Positions 46,868 through 55,840 of a stretch of DNA of 58,023 nucleotides are shown here, piece by piece. Source of the stretch: a virus (lineage: Duplodnaviria; Caudoviricetes); the IMG/VR virus record IMGVR_UViG_3300037478_000171, positions 1 through 58,023 of that record; one strand, given 5' to 3'. Position 1 is the stretch's first letter. The number at the start of each line of letters is the position of its first letter. The notes under the pieces were generated by a model. That model was given only the letters and a program-made list of their open reading frames with translations, had not been told where the DNA came from and did no database searches. The position numbers and the translations under genes are program-made.

Positions 46868-47551
46868 GTGAAACTACTGGACCTGTTCTGCGGGGCTGGT
46901 GGAGCGGCGATGGGGTATCACCGCGCTGGGTTCGATGAGATCGTGGGCATCGACATCAAGCCGCAGCCTAGGTATCCGTTCCGGTTCATTCAAGCCGATG
47001 CGCTCAGGCCGCCCGTGCGGCTGGAGGACTTCGACGCAATCCATGCGAGCCCGCCGTGCCAGGGCTACTCGGCCTTGCGGCATCTGCCCTGGTTGAAGGG
47101 CAAGGTATACCCGCTGCTTATTGAGCCTGTGCGGTCGATGCTTGAATCGGCTGGGTGTCCATGGGTAATTGAGAACGTGGAGCGCGCTCCGCTCGGCGGC
47201 ATCGTGTTGTGCGGGACTGACTTCGGGCTGCCCGTGTATCGGCATCGTCGGTTCGGATCGAACGTACTCCTACTATCGCCGCCTCACCAAAAACACCAAG
47301 TCGTGATTGGCCACGGTCGCATGGTGAACGACCGGCGCAAGGGCACGTTCAACTCCAGCAGTGCCAAGGGTGCGTGGGGCAACCAGCAGATCGTTACCGT
47401 GGCCGGCGGTCAGTGCCGTAAGGACGAAGCCGAACGGGCCTTGGGCATCGACTGGATGCGCAAGCCAGAACCGATGCAGGCGATCCCGCCCGCCTACACC
47501 GAGTTCATCGGCCGCCAATTAATAGCGGCCATTCGGGAGCAGGTCGCGTGA
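46868..47551 (+). CDS. Short DNA cytosine-C5 methyltransferase-like protein
   Basis: LDLFCGAGG, SPPCQ, ENV, RHR.F, AIPPAY. Confidence 0.85.
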   Translation: MKLLDLFCGAGGAAMGYHRAGFDEIVGIDIKPQPRYPFRFIQADALRPPVRLEDFDAIHASPPCQGYSALRHLPWLKGKVYPLLIEPVRSMLESAGCPWVIENVERAPLGGIVLCGTDFGLPVYRHRRFGSNVLLLSPPHQKHQVVIGHGRMVNDRRKGTFNSSSAKGAWGNQQIVTVAGGQCRKDEAERALGIDWMRKPEPMQAIPPAYTEFIGRQLIAAIREQVA

Positions 47552-47937
47552 GCGCGCAACTCTCGCTCCTCCCTGACGTGGCGCGCACGGAGCGCCCGTG
47601 GAAGCTCCAGCGGCAGACGGCGCGGGAAGTCTACCGCCAGCGGCGGGTTGACGACCGCGCACGTCAAGCAGCCGGCGTCGAGACGCGTGAGGGGCAGGTG
47701 CTCAGGCTCTTGGCGGCGCACTGGAACGCGATGCAGACGAGCCCGACCGCGTTGGAACTCCTGGCATGGGCCAGAGCACGCGGTGAGCGGCTGTTCGACT
47801 GTAATTCTGTCAGGCCCAGAATCACGGCCCTTGTCGAGCAAGGACTGGTGGACAAGGGCACGAAGCGCAAGTGTCAGGTGAGCGGGAAAGTCGCGTGGAC
47901 CTGGGTGGTGCGGGAACAGGGCAGCGTGAAGCGATAA
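47548..47937 (+). CDS. Winged-HTH-like protein
   Basis: PTALEL...NSVRPRIT.LV..GLV....R.C.VSG. Confidence 0.55.
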   Translation: MSAQLSLLPDVARTERPWKLQRQTAREVYRQRRVDDRARQAAGVETREGQVLRLLAAHWNAMQTSPTALELLAWARARGERLFDCNSVRPRITALVEQGLVDKGTKRKCQVSGKVAWTWVVREQGSVKR

Positions 47938-47940
47938 CAC

Positions 47941-48300
47941 GGCGGACCTGGACGTAAGGTTGCGCTAGTCCGGGGGACCACGCACCCGGCCCGTCGCCGA
48001 AAGGCCAGCGGGAAACGTGGCGGAGGCGGGCGACCCGATAGGCCCGCGCGGTGACTCGTTCGGTGATCGGCTGGAGCGCACCAGTGCGGGCTCTGCTGGA
48101 GAGCATCCCGCGACCACGCAAGCGGGCACGACACGCGCCAGCCGGGCTGTTGTAGGTGGGAGCCGGTGAAGACCCCGCGCCGGTAGACGGCCCAGACGAG
48201 CTTCGAGACGTGCTGTCAGACCCGATAGGCAGTGCGGGCGGCCGAGCGATGTATCGGAGGTTTCACGCCAGAGCGTGGGATCAAAACTCCGGGGTCCGCC
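47941..48300 (+). ncRNA. Candidate ~360-nt structured RNA
   Basis: Ends pair (GGCGGACC / GGTCCGCC); internal GAAA hairpin; no convincing ORF. Confidence 0.4.
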
Positions 48301-48325
48301 TTCGGTTAAAAAGGAACGCTGGCGC

Positions 48326-48628
48326 ATGAAAACGTTCTGGCTTTCGTTTGTTGGGGATGATGGGTTTCGCGGCGTCGCTGTTGTCGAGGTGTCGGAGGAA
48401 GAAGCCGAGCAGGAGTTTATCGACGCTTTCTTTGATTATCCTGCGGCTGGTCCTGAAGCTGGGTGGATTGCGGCAGCGTCTCGAAAGGCCCACAGTCTTG
48501 GCTGTAATCCTGGCGGTGAGGTTGGGTGCATGGAAGTGCCTGACGAGGCGATGGGTCGCTTCGCCAAGACTCCGCGTGGCGTGTTATTGCAGAAGGAGAC
48601 ATTAAGGCAGTTGGGTCACATCTCGTGA
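48326..48628 (+). CDS. Hypothetical protein
   Basis: AAGGA RBS; FWLSF...GCNPGGEV. Confidence 0.55.
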   Translation: MKTFWLSFVGDDGFRGVAVVEVSEEEAEQEFIDAFFDYPAAGPEAGWIAAASRKAHSLGCNPGGEVGCMEVPDEAMGRFAKTPRGVLLQKETLRQLGHIS

Positions 48629-48918
48629 CACTGGACACCCTCTTAGCCCTCGCGCACATCTGCAAATGGGACGAGCGCACCTGGTTCGTAGACGGGCGGC
48701 TCACGGGCCAGACGCTCTCGCTCGTGACTCGTGAGCATGTCGGCTTCGTCGAGCGGTGCTGGGGCGAGCAGCTCAGACAGGTGCTGCCGGGGCTGGTGAT
48801 TCAAGTCCCAAGTGGCCCGGTGAAGTCGGATTGGGTGGAGCGGAACGTCAAGGCCAGCAAGCGCAAGCAGGTGTATCGGGGGCAGGTCGAAGCCGAGCAG
48901 GGGAGACTGGTGGAGTGA
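48625..48918 (+). CDS. Hypothetical protein, weak resemblance to DnaA N-terminal domain
   Basis: TWF...L.L.....FVE..W...L pattern. Confidence 0.35.
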   Translation: MTLDTLLALAHICKWDERTWFVDGRLTGQTLSLVTREHVGFVERCWGEQLRQVLPGLVIQVPSGPVKSDWVERNVKASKRKQVYRGQVEAEQGRLVE

Positions 48919-48945
48919 GAGGATCGCGTAGGGGAGAATGCGCTT

Positions 48946-49419
48946 GTGCCTATCCGGCCTGAGAATCGAGCCCGCTACCCGGTAGACTGGCCGGTCATTT
49001 CGGATCGGATCCGAGATCGAGCCAATCAGTGCTGCGAATGGTGCGGTGTTCGCAACTACGCTGTTGGCTACCGTGAGGCCGACGGCATGTTCGTGCCTGC
49101 CGCCGGCAACGGTCCACAGGATGCTGCCGGTCAAGGGCGCGTGTGGCCGTCGATGGATCCGATTACCTATCGGGAGGCTCGTGAGATTGCGGGCCTGAAC
49201 AACATGGGTATGGATTGTGACGGGGAAGTCCGCCGCTGGATCGTAATTGTGCTCACTGTCGCGCATGTGACGAACGATGATCCGGCCGATTGTCGCGACG
49301 AGAATCTGGCGGCGCTCTGTCAGCGGTGTCACAACCGGCACGACAGCCGGTCTAGGCGCAAGGGCATCAGGGCTCGGCGGCATGTTAACCAAGGGACGCT
49401 TACGGAACTGTTCTCATGA
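48946..49419 (+). CDS. HNH-like zinc-binding protein
   Basis: RYP.DW..IS, CEWCG, LTVAH...NL.ALCQRCH..HD. Confidence 0.75.
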   Translation: MPIRPENRARYPVDWPVISDRIRDRANQCCEWCGVRNYAVGYREADGMFVPAAGNGPQDAAGQGRVWPSMDPITYREAREIAGLNNMGMDCDGEVRRWIVIVLTVAHVTNDDPADCRDENLAALCQRCHNRHDSRSRRKGIRARRHVNQGTLTELFS

Positions 49420-49694
49420 GACGCGCCGCCCGCACAGACAACACGCAAGCCGAGATTGTGGACGTGCTCCGGGCCCACGGCTGCCGAGTCTTGCGTTCGC
49501 AATCTCCTGAACCCGGCCATCCTGACTTGATCGTGCTCAAGCCTGTCTATCAAGAGTTCGACGTTGAGCTGGTCGAGTGCAAGGCCCGCCGAGGCAAGCT
49601 CAGGACGGCCCAGCAGCGGCTCAGAGACGAGGGTTGGCCGATTGTGGTCTTGCGCTCGGCTGACGAGGCGATGGCGTGGCTCAGGGGCGGCTAG
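49416..49694 (+). CDS. VRR-NUC / PD-(D/E)xK nuclease
   Basis: R.D..Q.EIV..LR..G, G.PDL, VECK, L...Q. Confidence 0.75.
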   Translation: MRRAARTDNTQAEIVDVLRAHGCRVLRSQSPEPGHPDLIVLKPVYQEFDVELVECKARRGKLRTAQQRLRDEGWPIVVLRSADEAMAWLRGG

Positions 49695-49711
49695 GGGCGA
49701 TGGGCACACTC

Positions 49712-49936
49712 TCAGATCGTGACGCGCGTCGAGTATTCGAGCGGCCCGGACTGGCCGCCCCGGCGGCGTGCTCGGATCGGCACCTGCTCAGCGCGCAGGG
49801 CATCGATCAGCCGGCGAACGGTCAGCTCGGACAGGCCGAGTCGTCGCGCCAGTTCGGCTCGGGTGTATGGCTTGCGCTTGCAGCAGCGGAGGATCGCCAG
49901 CGCATTGGCGACGGACATGTAGCGGGTCTCAGGCAT
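49712..49936 (-). CDS. Small winged-HTH regulator
   Basis: TRAELARRLGLSELTVRRLIDALR. Confidence 0.75.
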   Translation of the reverse strand: MPETRYMSVANALAILRCCKRKPYTRAELARRLGLSELTVRRLIDALRAEQVPIRARRRGGQSGPLEYSTRVTI

Positions 49937-50026
49937 GGGGATCGGTTGGTGCCGGGTTTACGTCCCCGGCCAGCCGGTGCCACCGGCACGCTCCGTTGCC
50001 GCGAAGGCGCGGAGAGCGGAGTCGGG

Positions 50027-50395
50027 TCAGTCCCACAGATACGAACGCCCGCGACTTGTCAGCTCATCCAGCGCCGCCGCTACGTCGGCATCGACGAATC
50101 CAGCCGTTTCGCCACCGATCATCATTTTGACGGCATCGAGATACTCCACGATGTCGAGCGTAGACGCGAGGCGCAGCGGCTTGGGCACCACAGGCATTGC
50201 CGTCGCTTCCGCGGCCTGGATGACACGAGCGCATTCCGTGCGTGCGTGGGCGCGTCTGGCAGCGCTCACAGCGCTGGACAGGGCCACGTCGCAGATCGAG
50301 GTATGTGCGAGGTCGCCAGCCTGTGCGGCTTCGTGGCGGAGCTGCACGATCTGTTCGTCGGTGATTGTCGCGGACGTGGTGTAGATACGGGTCAT
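50027..50395 (-). CDS. Hypothetical protein
   Basis: AGGAGG RBS; downstream of a clear promoter. Confidence 0.55.
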   Translation of the reverse strand: MTRIYTTSATITDEQIVQLRHEAAQAGDLAHTSICDVALSSAVSAARRAHARTECARVIQAAEATAMPVVPKPLRLASTLDIVEYLDAVKMMIGGETAGFVDADVAAALDELTSRGRSYLWD

Positions 50396-50436
50396 GGTCT
50401 GCCTCCTGCCCGGTGGCGTCCGGGCTCACTGGAGAT

Positions 50437-50465
50437 AGTCTATCCAGATAGGATATGCAGTGCAA
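50437..50465 (-). promoter_or_regulatory. Leftward sigma70-like promoter with overlapping palindrome
   Basis: Minus strand TTGCAC-N17-TAGACT; TATCC-N5-GGATA and CTATC-CA-GATAG dyads overlapping the spacer. Confidence 0.6.
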
Positions 50466-50517
50466 GGATAATCGGAGGCTGGACGTGAGATTTTACAATT
50501 ACCGCAACGCCTTGAAA

Positions 50518-50682
50518 CTAAGCAGTTTCCAGCCCTTTCTGGCGCAGGTAGGCGGCCAGTGGTAGCTTGGCGGCCTTGGCGCGCTTGCGGAGGGCCTGTT
50601 CTTCGGTCCTGCTCGCCTTGATGGTGCAGATGCGGCGGCGGCGCTCACGGGCGGGCTTGGGCGGGCGTCCGAGTCGGGCCAT
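50518..50682 (-). CDS. 54-aa ribbon-helix-helix-like regulator (below the ORF-track cutoff)
   Basis: MARLGRPPKPARERRRRICTIKASRTEEQALRKRAKAAKLPLAAYLRQKGL; extended -10 upstream. Confidence 0.6.
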   Translation of the reverse strand: MARLGRPPKPARERRRRICTIKASRTEEQALRKRAKAAKLPLAAYLRQKGLETA

Positions 50683-51265
50683 ACCAGAACAGGATAGCAG
50701 ATTGCGGGGCGACCGGGAATAAAAATAGGGCTTGCATTAGGGGGTGACCGTAAAATAGGATTGGGGCATGGAGGTTGGCATGACGATTCAGGCGGTGCCG
50801 GGTGGTTACAATATTGTTCGTTACGTCGGACTCGTTGATGTCGGGACGATCGTGTGTGAGGGATTGTCTCGGGAGAAAGCGATGCTGGCGGCGGCAGAGA
50901 TGAACGTCGCCGCTGAGCGCGGCACGGCGTTCGCAATCGAGAGATGGTAAGGATGTGCCGCGCGGATGGGCCAATACAATCGTTTCTGAAATCGACCCTG
51001 AGCGGGCGGGCTACTGCCATCCCGCTCAGGCCAAACGCACGAAGTGTGCATGCGGAGATGTCTTGGAAATGCATACTGCCGCCGTGCGATGCCCGTGCGG
51101 TCGTCTCCATCGCAAAGACCCATCCTTATCGGCGTTTGCGGAGACCGGGCCGCAACCGGTGCGTCCTGGGGGGCGTCGTGGATGTCCTGGAGTGAGCGGA
51201 TAGTTACTGATCGCCCGCACACAAGTCGGCCTCTCGGCTGAGGGGCCAGTGAGGAGCGAGGGGAC

Positions 51266-51583
51266 ATGAGCAAGCGCGAAGTGTTCGATAAGTTGACTAG
51301 TGCTGAGATGCCGCGCTACCGGGGTCACAAGGAAGTCTGGGCGCTCAAGATCGAACGCATCGAATACGACAACACGAAGGCGAAGGCCGAGGGACGTGAG
51401 ACGGACGGATCTGCGCTGTTGGTGTTCGTCGATCAGGGCTATGCGCCGATCCGCGTTGAAGTGTCGTATCTCAAAAAGCATGACCCGCACTTCGGCGGCT
51501 ACTACGTCGTCTACAAGGACGGCTACAGGTCATTTAGTCCGGCTGAAGCATTTGAAGACGATTACACGCTCATCGAGGGCTGA
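51266..51583 (+). CDS. Conserved phage hypothetical protein
   Basis: HK.V.A.KI ... GYYVVYKDGY.SFSP..AFE..Y. Confidence 0.65.
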   Translation: MSKREVFDKLTSAEMPRYRGHKEVWALKIERIEYDNTKAKAEGRETDGSALLVFVDQGYAPIRVEVSYLKKHDPHFGGYYVVYKDGYRSFSPAEAFEDDYTLIEG

Positions 51584-52780
51584 TAAGTTCGGCTCCCTGA
51601 GGGGCCAGTGAGGAGCGCGAGGATGGGCGAGTTACAGGTGTCTGACGCTGCCATTCAGGCCGCGAAAGCGTTTGGTGAAGCCCTGAAAGACCGGGAGTTT
51701 CGCGCCGCGCTCGACGCCTTGTCCTGTGACGTGCTGAACTTGTGTTCGGAGTTCTTGGATGACCATCGTGGGCAGATTGCCCAGCACTGCGCCGACGTGC
51801 GGCCCGATCACATCATCAGCGCCGTGGTGGGGTGGATTCTCGGGATGCCCGCCGGGAGGATGGCGACGAAGGACGCGCAACTCACGGAAGCGTTTCAGCA
51901 CAATGCCATCGCGGCGGTGGTGGCGGGTTGGTCGGCCGAGAACTCCAGTCGAGTGCATGCGGCAGAAGGGAAGCAAGCGCAGTAGCAGTTCAGCTCCCTC
52001 CGGGGGGCCAGTGAGGTTGAACGTGGGCATACAGGAGCTGTGTGACGCGCTGTCCAACGCCATGCGAGACACGCGCAAGCGCTACCACTTAACGCTTGGG
52101 CAGTTGATCGAGCAGTTGCAGCGGTGCGATCCAGACATGAGCGTGCGCTTCGACGTGTCTGGGCGTCCCGGCCTATTCGATAGCTACCGAGGCTACTATG
52201 CTGATCTGTCGATTGCGCCAACGCGGAATCAAGTCACGGTGCAAACGCTGCTGTCCGAAGCCGTGAGGGCGCTCGGTGCGACGTTTACCGGCTACAAGGG
52301 CGGCGAGTATGTGATGGGTGCAGACACGCCGCTGTGGATGGCCGAGTACGGAGACTGCGGCCGCGCGGTCATCGCAGCAGACATCAGAGACGGTGAATTG
52401 TGGCTCATCACGAAGGCAGACGCGGACTGAGTAGTGGGGGCCAGTGAGGTTGTGGACGCGGCGGCGAGGCAACTCAATGGCGGTTCTGCTGCCGGCGTAT
52501 AAAGAACTGAGCCAGTCTGTTGGCGGGTACCGGACGGACGGCCCGCGTCCACAGCAACCGTGAGAGGAGCAGGGGAGCATGGCGCAATACGCTGAAGCTA
52601 CACAGCGGCGCGAGTTGAATCGGGATCTGCTCCGAGCGGCAGGTGAACATCTCGGCGCACTGGCGCAGCGCCAGCGGGAAGCCTGCGATGTTGAGCCTTA
52701 CCGGCGTGCTGGTTGGCAGAAGGAATGGGACCGCTACGCCAAACTCGAAAGGTTGTCCCGCGAGGTGCTGGAGGTTGCGA

Positions 52781-53050
52781 ATGCCTGACGATCTCCGCGC
52801 CCTGACCGACGAGCAGCTAGCCGAGCGGCTGGAGGATGTGCGGATGAAGCTCACGCACGATCCGGTAGCGCCACGCGACGGCGACTACGTCGCTGAGGCC
52901 GCCAGCCGCTTGCGCCAGCGCCAGCACCAGTCCGGCAGTTACCACGACGGGCATCCGTTCGGGTGTCGCTGTTCGTCTTGCACAAGATACCGTCGCCTGG
53001 AAGAGCGGTGGCTCGATCGGCAGCTTCCGCAGGAGCCCTCCCATGACTAA
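52781..53050 (+). CDS. Hypothetical protein, MPDDLRALTDEQLAERLE family copy 1
   Basis: 60-bp identity with 54487-54546. Confidence 0.55.
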   Translation: MPDDLRALTDEQLAERLEDVRMKLTHDPVAPRDGDYVAEAASRLRQRQHQSGSYHDGHPFGCRCSSCTRYRRLEERWLDRQLPQEPSHD

Positions 53051-53495
53051 GCGGTTCACGCCGGAGCAGTTGGAAGCGATTGCCAGTCATGCAGATCGGC
53101 ATCCGTCCATTAGTTCCACCACCAACCTGCACGGGCCATGGATGTCGATTGCCGCGATGCTCCGCCAAGAGGCCCGCGATGCCCGCACGATGACCAACCG
53201 AGACGCGGCGATTCGGCAGGCGCTGTTTGCGGCCTTGCCGTTCAACGATGAGGAATTAGATGCCCTAGTCCTAGTCGTGCGCCAGTTGGTGGACGCAAAA
53301 GGTTTTGTGCGGCCGGTGCGGACGAGCTACCGGCACAACGTGTGTGGCTCCGTGACGACGATGGGCCGTGTTCTCGCAGAGACGTACGCGCGCGACCCCG
53401 CGTTCTACGGCGCGACGTTCTGCGTCAGGTGCAATCGGCACCTGCCCGTGGCGGAGTTCGTCTGGACGGAGGACGGAACGGTGTTGGGATCATGA
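53043..53495 (+). CDS. Zinc-binding hypothetical protein
   Basis: YRH..CG..T.MG...AETYARDP.FYGATFC..C. Confidence 0.55.
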   Translation: MTKRFTPEQLEAIASHADRHPSISSTTNLHGPWMSIAAMLRQEARDARTMTNRDAAIRQALFAALPFNDEELDALVLVVRQLVDAKGFVRPVRTSYRHNVCGSVTTMGRVLAETYARDPAFYGATFCVRCNRHLPVAEFVWTEDGTVLGS

Positions 53496-54134
53496 AAAAC
53501 GAGCATTTGGTTTGGGCCTACGGTGAGCGTGAGGATGGGGCTGGCCAGGTCGTCATCATCGGGTTAACAGACGATGGGCTGGAGTACCTGCGAGAGCATC
53601 GAGGCGAGATCTTGCGGACCAACCCACCGTTGCGCGCATTCACCAACGTGACACAGATCGCCGTGTTGCACGAAAAGGACAAGGCGACGTTGAAGCAACG
53701 ATTGAGTGAGTCCGGCGTTGTTGTCAGCGAAGTGAACTAGTGGCCGCCGCCTGCCACATGGAGCGCGTGATTCGTGACGGCAAGACGCTCTATCGCCAAC
53801 TGGCCAAGAAGGCATCGGCTCCTTCCGGGGGCCAGTGAGGTTGTGGACGTGGCGAGCGTGGAAGGACACCTACCCAGCAGCGTTCGGCGCAGCGCGGCGG
53901 GTGAACAGCGGGGATCTGGCGGACGGCCGGCTGGGAGTGGGTCAGGCGCGAAAGCGTCGTGCGGGAGATACGTAGTAGCGCCGAGTGCGGTCCAGAAGAC
54001 TTCACGCACTCGGCGGCAGTGAGCCGCACCGAACCCGTTGGTGGCGATTACCAGTGAATGCTGAGCCGGCAAGATACGCAGCACCCGAGACGAGCCCGGC
54101 CCGCGTCCACAGCAACCGTGAGAGGAGCAGGGGA

Positions 54135-54500
54135 ATGGGGCGACCCGTTCGGATTCAGCGCAAGCGCGCTAAGGGCTGGAAGATGCCAGTAGGCGCGGTG
54201 TACGTCGGGCGACCTGGGCGCTGGGGCAATCCATTTCCAGTGTCGGAGCAGATACCGCTGGCTTTGTCTTTGGACTTGTTCCGCGACCTCGTCAACGGGT
54301 TCTTCTCTCCAGTCAAACTCGCCCACTTGTCAGATGCCGAGTTCAGCGTCGTTTACGAAGCGAAGTGCAAATGGCTCAGGGGCGCGGCCCATCCGCGATG
54401 GGAAGCGCATACGTTTCTTCGTGGTCACGACTTGGCGTGCTGGTGTCCGCTTGATCAGCCCTGTCATGCCGACGTGCTACTGGAGATTGCGAATGCCTGA
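54135..54500 (+). CDS. DUF4326-like protein
   Basis: RIQRKR.KGW, YVGRP..WGNPF, LACWC...PCHADVL. Confidence 0.8.
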   Translation: MGRPVRIQRKRAKGWKMPVGAVYVGRPGRWGNPFPVSEQIPLALSLDLFRDLVNGFFSPVKLAHLSDAEFSVVYEAKCKWLRGAAHPRWEAHTFLRGHDLACWCPLDQPCHADVLLEIANA

Positions 54501-54684
54501 CGATCTCCGCGCCCTGACCGACGAGCAGCTAGCCGAGCGGCTGGAGAGCATCAAGGGCGTGGCGCATTGGCGACCTCACGTGCTGGCCGAGGCCGCCCGC
54601 CGCTTGCGCCAGCGCCAGCAGACGACGCACGCGAGGGCGCGAGCCGAACTCGACCGGCTGGCCGCCGAGGAGCAGGAGGGCTGA
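54493..54684 (+). CDS. Hypothetical protein, MPDDLRALTDEQLAERLE family copy 2
   Basis: Paralogue of 52781-53050. Confidence 0.55.
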   Translation: MPDDLRALTDEQLAERLESIKGVAHWRPHVLAEAARRLRQRQQTTHARARAELDRLAAEEQEG

Positions 54685-54875
54685 GCGATGGCGAAGCAGC
54701 CGCCGCGCGTGTGGGTGGTGGAGTGCGACACGTTCGGACAGTTCGCACCCTATGAAACCTGCGTGACGCGAGCGCAGGCGAGAGAGGTGCTGCAACGCGA
54801 GCGCGGATGGCACGTTACTATTAACTGGCGCATTCGTCCCTACGCCCGCGTGGAGCCGCCAAGACGGAGGGGGAC

Positions 54876-55145
54876 GTGATGGCGCCTTCGGTGCATGACT
54901 TGAAGTGCTGGCCACAGTTCTTCGAGGCCGTGGCTTCGGGCGAGAAGCGGTTTGAGTTGCGCGAGAACGATCGTAACTATCGCGTTGGTGACACGTTGCT
55001 GCTTCATGAATGGAGCCCGAATGGAGACGGCTATTCTGGCAGGACCGTCCGTGCGCGAGTCACCTACGTGCTACATGGAGGATCATTCGGCTTGCTTCGT
55101 AACCATGTCTGCATGTTCATTGAGCTAATCGGAGTGACGCGATGA
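54876..55145 (+). CDS. DUF3850 / ASCH-like protein
   Basis: HDLKCWP.FF.AV.SG.K.FELR.NDR.Y.VGD.L.L.EW. Confidence 0.8.
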   Translation: MMAPSVHDLKCWPQFFEAVASGEKRFELRENDRNYRVGDTLLLHEWSPNGDGYSGRTVRARVTYVLHGGSFGLLRNHVCMFIELIGVTR

Positions 55146-55540
55146 CCGACCTAGACGCGGCGATCCGGCAGGCGCTACTTGCATCGCTTCCGGTTGAGGC
55201 TGGATGTGGGGATCATGTCACGGCGCTACTAAATGCCTTCGTCCCCGTCGTGCGCCAGTTGGTGGACGAGGCGCAGCCGCAGTGGCAGCCGATGGAGAGC
55301 GCGCCGAAAGGCGGCGGGGCTGAACTGACGACTGATCCGGCGTGGGTGGAGCCCCCGCGTATTCTCAGCACAGGTCCGGCCGGACTTCAAATCATCTACT
55401 GGGATTGGTATTACGCAGATGGTGGGAATGGGTTCCAGAGTGGTCAAACAGCGTGGGTTGGCCATGAGGACGTATTGCATGAGGCAGAAGCGCCGACCCG
55501 CTGGATGCCCCTCCCCGCCCCACCGCAGGAGCAGCCATGA
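55142..55540 (+). CDS. DUF551-like protein
   Basis: WQPMESAPK ... PTRWMPLP. Confidence 0.7.
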   Translation: MTDLDAAIRQALLASLPVEAGCGDHVTALLNAFVPVVRQLVDEAQPQWQPMESAPKGGGAELTTDPAWVEPPRILSTGPAGLQIIYWDWYYADGGNGFQSGQTAWVGHEDVLHEAEAPTRWMPLPAPPQEQP

Positions 55541-55840
55541 CGCCTGAGTATGAGCAGGCTCTTCAGGATTTTATCAACGATCCGCCGAACCGGTGGTCTT
55601 GGAGAGAACCAGTTCAGGCCGTGTTGAGCGAGATCGACGCCCTACGCGCCGACCTGGCCCGCGTGACGGCCGAGCGGGACGGGCTACAGCGCGCTATGGA
55701 CCGACAGGTGAATCGTGCGGTCAGGCGTGTAGCAGATTACACGCACACCACGAAGATTATCGAAAGTGCCTGGACGTGTCGTGGCTGTGTCGGACGTGTC
55801 ATTTGAAGCATCACCACAGCAACGAAAGGACGGCCTAGAC

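Larger units (their letters stand above)
51242..53840 (+). repeat. Five copies of GGGGCCAGTGAGG at gene boundaries
   Basis: Copies at 51242, 51601, 52004, 52437, 53828. Confidence 0.85.

Noticed and set aside
45221-47551. Restriction-modification system
   Set aside because: Both methyltransferases appear to be orphans with no cognate restriction enzyme; common in phages.
47941-48300. tmRNA or canonical tRNA call
   Set aside because: No G3-U70 pair, no clear tag ORF, no canonical TTCRA loop; kept only as an unclassified ncRNA candidate.
51242-53840. GGGGCCAGTGAGG repeats as a CRISPR array
   Set aside because: Repeats are 13 bp and 360-1400 bp apart with genes between; no cas genes.
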